A stretch of DNA of 64,000 nucleotides from Pecten maximus (taxonomy: Eukaryota): contig NC_047031.1 of NCBI RefSeq assembly GCF_902652985.1, forward strand, positions 15,128,001 through 15,192,000. Reading direction: 5' to 3'. This document shows, piece by piece, positions 38,393 through 51,100 of this stretch (the first letter of the stretch is position 1; each line of letters begins with the position of its first letter). The notes under the pieces were generated by a model that was given only the letters and a program-made list of their open reading frames with translations, was not told the DNA's origin and did not search any database. Position numbers and translations under genes: made by a program.

Positions 38393-40102
38393 ATGTCTCG
38401 AAAAAGAAATCATGAGGAGATGAACCAGTCTGCATCTACTGACCGTACACTGCACTACATTTGCAAGACCCCAGAAGATCCAGAAAAAATAATGGTTAGA
38501 TGTGATCTCTGTGATGATTGGTTCCATCCATCTTGTGTTAATCTTGATGAAGAAGAAGCTAAGAACATTGCAAAATGGTTTTGCCCTGGCTGCTGTGAAC
38601 TAATGAAAATAAACCCTTTAATTTCAAAAAAAGGACTCCTTAGTTTTCAAGGACGCGTGGCACCAACGACAGGATGGGGTGAAGATTTCCCTATTGAGGA
38701 CATCGATGAAAGTGTTCTTGACTTTGTGAAAACAAAACGCCACAGGGTTGAAGGCTGGACACTATTCCGAGAGGGAAAAATAACAGGTTTGAGCAGTACC
38801 ACAACTGGAAACTTGATATATTTCAGAGGTCAATGCCAAGCTGCAATGAAGCAGAAAACTTATAACATATACATGTGCCTGAAACATGGAGGAACAAAAT
38901 TAAAGTGGGGGACATGCTCATGTCCAGCAGGAATAGATGGGCAATGTAAGCACCTTGTAGCCACATTGTTCTGTCTTATTGACTTTCACCGCCAGGATGT
39001 AAAAACAATGCCCGATGTGAAAACATGCACAGACAAGTTGCAATTGTGGCATGTTAGAAAACCAATGTCTGATGAGCCTCTTCTGTTCAGAGACATCAAC
39101 TTTGTCAAACATGATTCGTTTAAGACCGTGAAGGATTTGTGTGCAGCTGCAGCTACTCATAACCCTGTGCCCGAGTTTGCCAGATCTGTTACAGGTAATG
39201 ATCTAACCAAACTTGTTAACCTGTTTGATGCATCAGGTTTAAACCTTCCAGTGTTGGACACCATTCGAGAAAACAATTTCAAACCTGTGGCATGTAGGCA
39301 ACGCTGTGATGTAAACCTAGACGCAGATTTGTTTGAGATGGTTGACAATACTAGCTTCAGTGAAATAGAATTGCCACAGGCACTCAAATCAGACATCCAG
39401 CAACATTACCTAGTTAATGTGAGTGTAGACACCCAAAGAGCCAAGTTCATAGAGAAAAATACAAGGCTACAGAGCAAGACTTCATTCTGGTTTAATGAGA
39501 GACAATACCGTATTACTGCATCTAACTTTGGTGTTTTTTGTCGCCTGAAAAATACAACAGACCCTTTGAATACGTTTCAACAAAAGAAGTTTTTCACGTC
39601 AAAAAGTGTCCGTCACGGTATCAATTATGAAGCTCAAGCCTTGGCTTTGTATCAAAAGGAAAAACCATGTGCTAGTTCACCAGTTGGTCTTGTTGTAAAC
39701 CCCAAACTACCCCATCTTGGAGTGACACCTGATAGACTAGTAAAAGTCAACAATGAGATTAGACTGGTGGAAATCAAATGTCCATACTCTGTATTCAAGA
39801 AGAAAAGTATATTATCACAAATGAAGGAGAAAAACTTTTATTTGGAAAAAAACCCGACAACTGGTGAAATCCAACTCAAAAAATCCCACGCCTACTTTTA
39901 CCAAGTGCAAGGACAACTGAATTTGTGTGGAATAGAAAAGTGTGACTTTGTAGTATTCGTTCCTCCGGAAGACATTGCCATAGTAGAGATACATCGTGAT
40001 TCAGAGTTTTTCTGTTCTAACATGTTGCCTAAACTCAACAGTATCTATTTCAGCCATTTGCTCCCACATTTTGTTGATTGTCTCCGCACAAAAGATCAGT
40101 GA
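38393..40102 (+). CDS. PHD finger - SWIM - YqaJ (lambda exonuclease-like) protein
   Basis: MVRCDLCDDWFHPSCV...WFCPGC; CSCPAGIDGQCKH; WFNERQYRITASNFG, HGINYE, TPD, EIKCPY, YYQ-like YFYQVQGQL. Uninterrupted ORF. Confidence 0.92.
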   Translation: MSRKRNHEEMNQSASTDRTLHYICKTPEDPEKIMVRCDLCDDWFHPSCVNLDEEEAKNIAKWFCPGCCELMKINPLISKKGLLSFQGRVAPTTGWGEDFPIEDIDESVLDFVKTKRHRVEGWTLFREGKITGLSSTTTGNLIYFRGQCQAAMKQKTYNIYMCLKHGGTKLKWGTCSCPAGIDGQCKHLVATLFCLIDFHRQDVKTMPDVKTCTDKLQLWHVRKPMSDEPLLFRDINFVKHDSFKTVKDLCAAAATHNPVPEFARSVTGNDLTKLVNLFDASGLNLPVLDTIRENNFKPVACRQRCDVNLDADLFEMVDNTSFSEIELPQALKSDIQQHYLVNVSVDTQRAKFIEKNTRLQSKTSFWFNERQYRITASNFGVFCRLKNTTDPLNTFQQKKFFTSKSVRHGINYEAQALALYQKEKPCASSPVGLVVNPKLPHLGVTPDRLVKVNNEIRLVEIKCPYSVFKKKSILSQMKEKNFYLEKNPTTGEIQLKKSHAYFYQVQGQLNLCGIEKCDFVVFVPPEDIAIVEIHRDSEFFCSNMLPKLNSIYFSHLLPHFVDCLRTKDQ

Positions 40103-41348
40103 AGGTCTCGACTTGTATTGTTTAGTACAAGAGGCACATGCAATACCCATCCAGACAGACATTTTAAATACAAACTTTACTTTATGTATATTGAAAAATG
40201 GTGTGTAGCCATATATTTTCGCATGTTGACTAGATTCTTTCAATGTGTTATCATAATTATCACATGTCTGTGTAGATTTACATACAACATGTACAAAAAC
40301 AGTTTGTATTGTAAGTGAAAACATGATTCTAAAGTGACTTGGGGAAAACAAAATTTGTTCTAATTTTTACATAGGATATTTCATACATTATATTCCTTTT
40401 TTGCACTCGTGACTGACGCATATACATGTAATGTTCAATATGATAGTTAGTGTAGGACATATGCATGTCTCGTGTTAAAAGCACAATGTACATATATATT
40501 GATGGTATCAGTGTACACTAGTACAATCTTAAATCATGTATGGTAGCATAAAATTGAATACAAGCACAAGTCATACAAATTATGTCCATTGTCACAATTG
40601 TACTGTACAGAATTTTTGTTGAAATACTGTTATTAGTTTCATAGTCATTAAGACATTGAATTGTGATATTTTTTAATTATGACTTGTAACATGTAAAAAT
40701 TAAAATGAAAGTTGTTACTATTGAATTTTGTATTTTTAGTCCACATTCAATTTCACAGTTTCTTAGTTAAATTATTTATTTATAGTCATTACTTGTAAAG
40801 AGTAAGTTTAAAAATATGTGAACAATATTCATTTCCTGCGCTATGCTGACATTTCATATACATGGTTCAATATAGTTTATAATTTAGACAGATTATTTTT
40901 ATATTTTCAACAGTGAAAAAAGATTAACTTAAGAAAGGATGCAGTGAAATCCAAGTTGTCCTATATCATCACTTGTGATAATATAAAATTTCTTCAATAC
41001 ATTTTTATAGATCTAGACAACAACTGGAATATTACAATGTATGACTAGTGATAAATGTTTGATGCATATCTATGATGATATGAATATCGGTTGGACAATT
41101 TCTGATATTTCATTTGTAGAAATGTATTATTTACAAACTTTTTTGCTTGGAATTTTTTCATGGTATTACTACTATGACAGTATTTGAAAATGCATTTTAT
41201 TGTCACAAAAATTGTACAAAATTCAACATGATATTTTTGAAACTTTGATCACCATGGAAACATGTTTTATATGTATCATATTATAAAGTGTTCATATATG
41301 AAAAGAATCTGACATTTCATTAAACATGAGAGCACTATCAATGTGTCT

Positions 41349-42839
41349 TTATTCTTTACAAGTGGAGACATCTTTGGGTTGTCTAAACAATGTTCCACTC
41401 CCTGAGAAATTAGCCAAATGTCCACAAATATTCCATATCTTTTCAAGCATAGGACACAATGTGATGGGAACTGTGTGTCTCAGAATTTCAAATTCTTTGA
41501 TCTTCCTCACAGCCCTCTCAACATGGACGCGCACTGTTGCTATTTCTCTGGATTGAGATAACTGATCAGGAGTGAATTGGTCTTTTCCACTTAAAAAGGC
41601 AGGCATTATAAGAAGAGCACCCCTGTTTTCAAGATCTGTTGTAATGTCAAAGCCGCGATCAACCATGACACCATCTCCTTCCTCTATCAGGTCCAACAAT
41701 CCACAATGGCGAATTATTTTCTTGTCTGAACATCGCCCAGAGTAGAGCGGAGAAATAAATGTGATTTGGCCACTTGGTGCGATGGCAATGAGACCCTTTG
41801 CAGTGTTGTGATGTTTGTACGAGGAAAATGTCTCCCGCTGACACTCCGAGGCAGATGGGTGTTCTATGAATATTTCTGTGCAGTCAATTATGGTTCGAGT
41901 AGAGGAAAAATATGTCCTGAAAATTGCTGGCATGGTGTTATTCACATGATCTCTTTGTGGCCAAATTGGTAGCGAAGACAGTCTGTTGTCAAGAAAAGCA
42001 ATCCAAGTGTTGAGTATTTTTGACACATGTCCCTCAGAAAGGTTATACAGATCACCTAAATGTTTTTCTGGTAAACCTTTCCGAAGACGAACAAGAGTTA
42101 CAAATAACTCTTCCATAGGCGACAAGGATCTGGACTTTCCACGTTTGTTGAGAAATATGTAAGGTGTCCCTTCAGATGTGTTGTCTGTCCCTACATAGTA
42201 CAAAAAGCTACAAGCCGGTTGTAAGAATGTGAAGAAACAGTGTAAGGCTAGGTATGATGAAAATCCTGTGTAATATCTGATATCAGAATCGGAATTACAA
42301 AACCGTAGAATTGAAAACTTCTTTGTTCCTAATGTGAAGTAGAACACTGTTGGTTTCTTTTAATTTACTCTTGTCTGGAGATTCAGCCCAATCCACATTT
42401 GTTAAACTATCCTCACTACTAAAAGGCTGGTCTACAAGCAAAGGTTCATCACAATCATTATTACAGCTTTCCAAAACATGTTTTTTCTGGGAAACTTGTA
42501 TTGTTGGATTCTACATTTCCACAATTTGGACTTTTCATGAGAAGGCAGTTTCCTTCTGACGGGTTTCTGTACAGTCCATTGAAATACTGATGGTACAGCA
42601 CTCCCTCGCAAACGTTTTCGAACATGAATAGCAGTGGTAGGATGGTAAGAGTCTGCGTTAAAGTGAACGGAGCATACTCTTGTCTCTTTGTTGATATTAA
42701 AATCTGCACCTTGATCTCTGCGTATAGCAATCACCCACTTTTTTGCCACTGAAGGGTCTTTAGGGAATGTATGAAAAGAGTAACCATCTTTTGTCTTGGA
42801 ATTATTTGTACAATGTGGCACACAGCAGTGATGAGGCAT
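41349..42839 (-). pseudogene. THAP + HTH + DDE_Tnp_4 transposase; linker between THAP and the core is out of frame
   Basis: MPHHCCVPHC..FP...W...VCSVHF...AVPS (THAP); YYTG, IIDCTE, VDRGF, RVHVERA catalytic triad in 41349-42347. Confidence 0.88.
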
Positions 42840-44641
42840 TTTGTATCTGAAAAATATAAATCAAAGTTTGTTTTCATAATATGTTTTTAAACCACTAGGC
42901 CTATACCAGTACTTTTTATAATATTTATTTAAATACGAATGTCAGGTGACATGAAATAGAAAATACAATGAATCAATGGAAGATCACTATCCTAGATAGT
43001 GACTTTTCACCTGCTCTAAAAATAGTATAGGCTAAATGGCGGCATTCAAAACACCTTTCAAACTTACCTGTAATGTTACCTGGTGCAAATAGCATTTATG
43101 GATATATCGTTATTTATTTCGCTATCATCGTTATGATGCCGTCATTTCATAAGCAGTGACTGATTCTATTCGATCTATACAAATCAATAACTAATAAATG
43201 AATCGTCAATCATACAATGACCGATTTTTAATGCTACACCTGTGTAAATGAGTTACATAGCATTCTGCAGGGTTTCTCACCTGGGGTATTTGAACAAGTG
43301 TATATCGGTCTTATATCGCCTTATTTCCTTATAAAATCATTCCAAAATAAAGACTTACTTACCTATATACGCATTTAAGCACGAAGATTTTCTGGAAAAA
43401 GTCTAATTTGCGCTGATAAAACACTAAAAACATGTGCTGTGACACGGACACACCATACGCCGCCATCTTGGATTATGATCCGCCAGGTGGCGCTGAATTG
43501 GAAAGTGGCCAATTTGACCCCGCCCCTAAGCCCCCAGGGGGTCAGCCCCATCATTTGTACAATTTTGAATCCCTACCCCAAGGGGATGCTACCAGGCGAA
43601 TATGAGCGATATACATTGCTTAGTTTCAGAGAAGTCGTTTATATTAATTTAGCCAAATTTACCCCTTTTTGTCCCGCCCCTAAGACCCCCGGGGGGTCAG
43701 CCCCACCATTTGTACAATTTTGAGTCCCCACACAATAGGGCTGATTGTGGTTATGAAGAAGTCAATTATTGACGGACGGACGGAGGACGGAATGGTATAA
43801 GCTAACCCCAGGTGAGCTTAATAACAGCAACAAATTACAAATTTGATATCTAAACATTTAATTCATGTTTTATTTGTACCTGCGATGTAAAAAGGTCGTA
43901 AGTTTATGGAATATATTTTAAGTTTTTTTTAAATGTACATATAATACTCAAAAATTATTCAGTGGCTCAGTATAAGGGGAGGTTATTCGGTACCCAGCAT
44001 TTCAGGCTCTTGTTGTGCTTCATGTCACCCATCGAGATCGACATTGAAGGGGCAATATTCGTTCCAAGAGGAATGATTTACTTTTCCGGCTCTACTCGAT
44101 AATCATATTGGCGTTGAACGTCCGAAATTCGGGATATGACTGTTTGGGCCGATTTAGCTGGGATGATATAAAGTGTACGAAATGGTATCGGTCATTACTA
44201 TTTTCGGACGAGTCGTCTGAAATAGTTGTGAAATCTCTATAGAAGTATCCCTTGGACCTGTATGTTTATATTAACAAATCGAGCTACAAAAATTACCTTA
44301 TTTAAAATAACACATATTTGTCTTGGCAGTTTTTGGTGAGAATCTTGCCAAAACAGTTTTAAAATCACTGACTGGAAACATATTCCTACGCGTTAGACAT
44401 TGTTTAATTTGTGAATTTGGGAAGGCGAGTCGTCGTGGCGCTTTAACAAATTGTGACGAAATGTCCGGACACGACAATGAAGAGGACAAAGACGGAACGG
44501 CGCTCTAGTTCCGCGCTCCCTGGCGGATTATCGCCACGAGATAAACTTTCATGTCATACAGAGCAAATAAGAAAACAAGTTGCTCTCCTTACAAAAAAGG
44601 ACTGCGATACCTGCACGGGCTATACTGGAGTGCTAAAAGAA

Positions 44642-46476
44642 GAATTAGAGACACCTCGGCCCCGTACCGTCCTCGGCCTAAGACACCTCGGCCCCAATAC
44701 TTTCTCGGCCTCTATTTATAATATATAATAGTGTGACTGGCTACACTGTAACATGTAATGAATGTTATTAATAATGGAGGTAATATTTTATAATGTTATT
44801 GTTTTGAAATCATTTCCTGCTTTATTAATAGGGGAGGTCACTAGCAAGAACTAAAATGTATATTGTATTGCGGTTACTTCCCCTGCCATAACAATTTATT
44901 GCATATAAGTTATAAGAGGATGTCAGCCGGTATATATCATTTCGTCGCATGTATATGCATGCATTTAAACGATGTATACCGTTACCAGTTCTTGCCACGT
45001 GGAGGCCTCCTCTTTCAAGAACCAAAATGTTTTTTGTGTGTGTGTGTGTGTGTGTGACCTGCCTCCTGGGTGTGGCATGGCCTTGTTCGACTGTGAACTG
45101 GTCGGCGCGGAGATGTTGGTATACTCCTGAAATGGAAACGAATTAAATTAAAATAACAGTCAAATGATAATGGTATATTTCCAATTTAATGTCATTATAC
45201 GAGGAAACATTCGCATGGCGGTATTTTGACCGATATGTATAACTTTAGTATTGTTTTATGTATATCGTTGATATCTATCCTTACCTCATTCGTCGTCTGG
45301 TGTTGGCCGGACCGTCGCTGGGCAGTAGATCTTGCCGACGGTCTTCAGGAAGGTCGAGCTCGAGATCTCCTGCTCAGCATACTAGAAATAAAGACACAGA
45401 AGTGATTACATTTAAAAAAAAATACATTTAAAAAAAACATTGATAGGCCTAATAAATGTACAATGTACGCATTTCCTTTTATATATTCTTTTATATATTA
45501 TGAAAGTATATGCTTATCTTAAGTGAATAACAATGATTCTGATTTCAATTCAATAAGTTTTACATACCTGGTCCCACAACGTCTGGATCTTCCCCCTGGA
45601 TGCGGCGGTACACGGTAGTCTGCTGGCGACGCAGGACCTGCTCGGCTACCAGCCTCATCTGGAGGGTGACGAGGCGGCCTTCCTGGTGAAGCAATGGGAC
45701 GAGCATGTAGAACGGGAGGTTCGCCCGGCGAGCATTGGTGTTGATTCTGCGATGCCAACCTATAAACAAAATGAATGATTAATCATGTGATCATAAAACA
45801 ATTTAACAAATATATAATCAGATATGACTTATTTTAATGAATAAGAACTTTTATTATGACAATATATCAGGCATCGCTTTGCTTTCAATCTGTATTGTGA
45901 CACCCATTAATATGTACAACTTATACCCTCTACGTCGTTGTTGGTGCGGACGGACTGTCGATGGACGCACCAGTTCGCAGTCGACCAGACACCGCTCCTG
46001 AACCAGTATCTAAAAAGTACAAAGGAACAATGCATAAGAGTTTCAATGTATGAACACTGCTTATAAAATAAGAGTATAAATGGAATGACACGTGTAATGT
46101 CAGGAAATCGTATGCTTCAGGACATTTTTATCGGTAAATTCTTTCAACGATTAGAAAAACTGTTGATAAATAAGATTGATTCACAACAAACACATATTTA
46201 GAAGTTTTACCTGTCGAGGTAATCGACCAGCTGAGTCAGCTCTGGGGTGTTGGCCAGACGCTTCAGCTTCACAAAGGCGTCGTGAATCTGAGGCGACGGG
46301 AGGAACGGCAACGCCTGAAAAATTGAAATAAAGTTCAATATTTACAATGCTTATTGTAATAAGATATTACTAGTATATATTTTAAGCATGGTTTTAAATA
46401 ACTGTTATACACTATGTAATTTGTCTAGTCACCTCGGCCCCGACCGACATGCGCAAGGGCCGAGGTGTCCAAGTAC
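44642..46476 (-). mobile_element. Internally deleted MULE (Mutator-like) element
   Basis: Inverted ends gacacctcggccc / gggccgaggtgtc with subterminal repeats; 9-bp TSD ctaaaagaa / ctaaaataa (8/9). Confidence 0.65.
45285..46315 (-). pseudogene. 3' four exons of an intron-containing MULE transposase
   Basis: ALPFLP...LVDYLDR|YW...W..WCV...RTNNDVEG|WHRRIN...PFYMLVPLLHQE; GT-AG introns; one frameshift near 45595. Confidence 0.85.
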
Positions 46477-47409
46477 CTAAAATAATACCAAAGCGAAGTG
46501 GTGTAATTGTAATGATGATTTATTATAATGCTGGTGCTATTTCAATCATATAGACTACAAAAAATGAATTTACGTTGATAAATATAAGAAAGTTATATCA
46601 TTGTTGTTGCAATATTGGTTATACATGAACAACAAAAGCTGAATATCTATTTGTAACGCACAGCACGTTTACCGCAGGGGCGCCACGTGTGTGGGACTGC
46701 TGCTGTATTGAGTGATATACCCAAGCTGACACTAATTGACTATAATGAGGTGACAATATACAGGATCACCTGAACACCTATCCAGCTGACTAGTGTTTAT
46801 AGAACCAATCACAACACTGGGCACAGGTATTTGTTGTTTCAAGGATATATATACCTTTACCTGTGCAGTGTGTGTCTTAATATTATTCAAATAATTAAAG
46901 GTAATGACTTAACACTGTTCACCTATACACTCAGTCCTATCATGTTGAACAATTTGTGAACATTGTTTTTCATTATGAATGAGAGTGGTCAAATAATGTG
47001 TTAATTTTTTAATTTATATTTTCCTAACCAGTGTTCACAGTTACATCTCATTTATAGTTGATGAACATACTATGTACTCATTATAGGGGAAGATATATAT
47101 TTAGGATGTTAATTAAAGATTATTTTTCTAACATTAATCCTTTGCAAGGATCTTACTTCACTTATTTGTATCTGCATACAAATATATAGAAATATAAGTT
47201 AGGTAAAATCCTTGCAAAGGATAAATGTAAGAAGAAATATATATGGTTTCCAAGAATAGATGCTTTTTAAATAACATACTAAAATCCATAATATATTTGT
47301 AAATAAGCATTTGCATTATATCTTCAGACGCTTTACATATTTTTCCATTTAATTGTGCGTTTAAAATATATATTTATACATAAACATGTATATATCCGTT
47401 TTCTGGTGT

Positions 47410-48020
47410 GGTTCAGGTCCACCCGAGCCAATTCAGGTCCTACGACGTATTTGTCAGTTCGATTAAAATACATCATTATGATTTTTTTGGTACATAAATA
47501 GTATTTTACTATGAAGTAACATCTCTTCCTGCATTATGCACAAAAAATATTATACAAACTTAGCTATAATACAGCTAAAATCCCGTTCAGGTCCACTGAT
47601 CCCATTCAGGTCCGCCGTGTTTGTCTGTTCGATTAGCGACCCATTTATCGAGCTGTAAAATACATCATTATGATTTTTTTTTGTACAGAAATAGTATTTT
47701 ACTATGAAGTAACATCTCTTCCTGCATTATGCACAAAAAATATTATACAAACTTAGCTATAATACAGCTAAAATCCCGTTCAGGTCCACTCGATCCCATT
47801 CAGGTCCGCCGTGTTTGTCGGTTCGATTAGCGACTCATTTATCGAGCTTTAAAAAACATCATTCTAATTTGTTTTTTCAAATGAAAATGGTGTTTCGACA
47901 TGTAATAACACCCATTCTTGCATAAAACACTGAGAAATAACACATTAATACTCAATAAACACCTTTAAAACCCATTCAGGTCCAGATTCAGGTCCATTCA
48001 TGGGTCTTTAGGAGGACCCA
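47410..48020. repeat. ~190-bp tandem duplication with repeated ttcaggtcc motifs; probable transposon subterminus
   Basis: aaaatacatcattatgatttttt block at about 47466 and 47657; ends in imperfect palindrome gggtctttaggaggaccc. Confidence 0.5.
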
Positions 48021-48117
48021 GTCTACCTGGAGTCATATATAATCAGACTATATCATATATACAATAATATGTATATTAATACGTTGGTGCTTTTAATGTA
48101 ATGTATATAAATAGATT

Positions 48118-51100
48118 TTTGACACAAACGTAAGTTTGAGTCTATGTCAGCGCTTTTGAGGTGTAGCTGACAAAATCTACGATGCCCTCTGGCGGATACT
48201 GCCTTGGCCAATCTAACCGTTGCTTTACAGTAACTCCGTAATGCTATGCAGTAAATATTTGTAAATATCGTAAATATTCACGATAAAAAATTACATACAG
48301 TAAAGTTCAGCTATAAAAAAATTACCTTTTGTTTTGTTGACACAAACGTAGACACAAACGTAAGTTTGAGTCTATGTCAGCGCTTTTGAGGCCTCTGGCG
48401 GATACTGCTGTTGGCCAATCTAAACGTTGCTTTACAGTAACTCCGTAATGTTATGCAGTAAATATTTGTTTAACTTCACGATAAAAAATGACATACAGTG
48501 AAGTTCAGCTATTAAAAAAAATCACCTTTTGTTTTGTTGTATTTTAAAAGCTGACAGGACAATGTGTTTTTTTTTGGCATTTTCGTTCGCTCTGACACAA
48601 CTTCCACTGCCACTTCACAATCATATTCTATCGCAAAAAAAAAATAGTCCCGTGACTTACGGAGTCAAATGCAACACTGCAGTTTCGTTAGATATATGAC
48701 AAAACAACAGAACCTCACAAATAGATAGTTTTCAAAGTATTTAATTTAAGTATGTTCTGTCGATGATACTTAAGAATATTTTTCCGCGTTGAACGCATTA
48801 GATTTCACGCGGAATGATGCAATCGACTTTTCGCTGGCGCCATATTGCTGCTTACCTGTGACCCGGAAGAAAAATCTACTAACATCACGCTGAATTTTCA
48901 TCATCGACATCTATTTGTTTTTTTTCTTTGGTGGCATGTTACTGAATGGGTTATAATATTGATAAAGTTTCGTCGGAATATCGTTGTTATTTTGTACATT
49001 GAAAAATCACTCATCCAGCATCCGATTTTGTCCGCCATCTTTCAGTAATGTAAACAATAATAAAAGAAAGAGTAGGTGATCAAACCCAACTTTGAATGTC
49101 ATTTTCTCACTGAAATATTAACTTGCATGTGATTGATGTAGTCTGCAGATGGTTAGATTATATAGATGTTTTTTTTACGAAAGAAAAAAAGTTGTCTATT
49201 CATCATGACAATATCACAACAACGGCAGTCGAGTACCATACGCATGTTTGCAAATAAAAAGTTAAATAAATTCTCACTGAATAGGGTTTCGAAATGTCAA
49301 ATGGACTTGTGAATATTAATATTGACTTCGGATCTATTGATTATATCCTACGTAATGCACATGAAGTTTTTCGTTTACAGAACGCGTACCGCATTAACGT
49401 GGCTGTCTGCATGCAGATGTAGACGTCACTGAAAATTTCATCTCTAATTATAGCGACTGATTCTTTTTTTCTAATATTCGTGATGGTTTAAAAAAAAATA
49501 GAAAATGATCTATCATTATCATTTGAAATATTACATAACAGTCGAAGCATATTATAAAAAAGAAAGGGGTCTACGATGTACATCTATATATGTTTGGTGG
49601 AGTTTTGAACGCTTCAGGGACGGTTAAAGGGCAGTAACTCTTTAGAAAACACCATTTTTCATGGAAATGTACTGATTGCTAAATTTAACCAGAGATATTT
49701 AAAGGCAGTGGAAATGTTATATTCCTACATCTGCGGTTTTTTCTGTCTTAAATCATTTCAGCTTCTGAATTAAATTAACCTTTAAACTAATGCACAGTAA
49801 AGTATTGATAAATCAATGCAAATAATTTATTATCACTTAGATTTATTATTATTATTTAATCTTTTTTTCTTTACAACACTAGTACATATTATTTGAGAAG
49901 AACAGCAAAAATTACTAAGTTCATTATTCTTCTAAACAACAAAAATTTGTAAAACTTTTTTGTGTTGTGCATATATCCTATTGTGAAATAACTTGGCATG
50001 ACTAAAGATAATAGTATTGTCTTGATGACTGTTACATACTATATCATAGGTTGAGTTAAATAATTATTTTCTTCTTGTCAATTATGGTAAATGGTGAAAA
50101 CACATTTTTTTCATTTAAATTGTTAAGTCGGTTTAATGTTCAAATTCAGATTAATTTAATTAAAGCAACTATTAATAATGTATATATGTGTTAACTTTTC
50201 TGACAAAGTCTTCAAGTAACCTGATTATATTTGACAGAGAATCAAAATAAGTAATTTTGTTGTTAAGAATAGTGGGCTTAGCTATTTACAACTGTTTAGA
50301 TTCTACTTAATAAGGTTTGATTTTTAACATTTTGGCAAATTTATCTTATCAATATCCAATTTAGTTTTAAAGATAAGCAGTACTTCCATTTTTATGAAAA
50401 TAAAAATTACTTCAGTGTTCTAATAATTTAAACACATGAACAATTGAAAGAAATACATTTGTATGAAAAGCATTCATAATGGACTTTGAAGAATGCTACT
50501 ACATGTACAGTTCATCCAGTTTGGGCATTCGAACTACATTTTCATCTGACAGATGCTGCAGATTAAAAAAAAACCTCTGATTTTGAAATCGATGATATCA
50601 ATACATATAGCTACATTCACATCTCACTAACATTAATTAACATGATATATATACCATACATACATATGTATATGTATCATGCAGTTACAGTTATGTATAT
50701 GGTACATATACTATTGCGGAGAATATTTGATGCAATGTACATAAGTGAAAAACAAATATCCACTTCAAATTGATTTGAACTGTACATGTGAATGAATGTG
50801 TTTTTGTTGTATAGATGATTTGTAGCTACACAGTATGGAGTGTAAACATATAACGTAGAGTGCTATATGAAAATCATGTTCACTCTTAAGAAACTGTCTC
50901 AAGTCTGAGCTGATATGAGCATGTAATTCTAAGTTTTGAATATAGTGCTTAGTTTAATGTGCCCGTCGTGATGGTATACCCTGCCCTGTCTACATCCGCA
51001 TTCTACGCTTCCAGAGTCTGTTTATCAGACCCAGGTGTTTTTAACCCACCATCATCAGATGGTGGGCTATTCAAATCGCCCTGCGTCAGTGGTCCGTCCG

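Larger units (their letters stand above)
34137..43511. mobile_element. Complete ISL2EU (PIF/Harbinger-related) DNA transposon inserted in a HINE satellite unit
   Basis: About 470-bp imperfect TIRs (34137-~34604, ~43037-43511) starting TGGCCACTTTCC; AT TSD (or AATT); flanks rejoin into one satellite unit; THAP-DDE and YqaJ genes converge. Confidence 0.92.
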
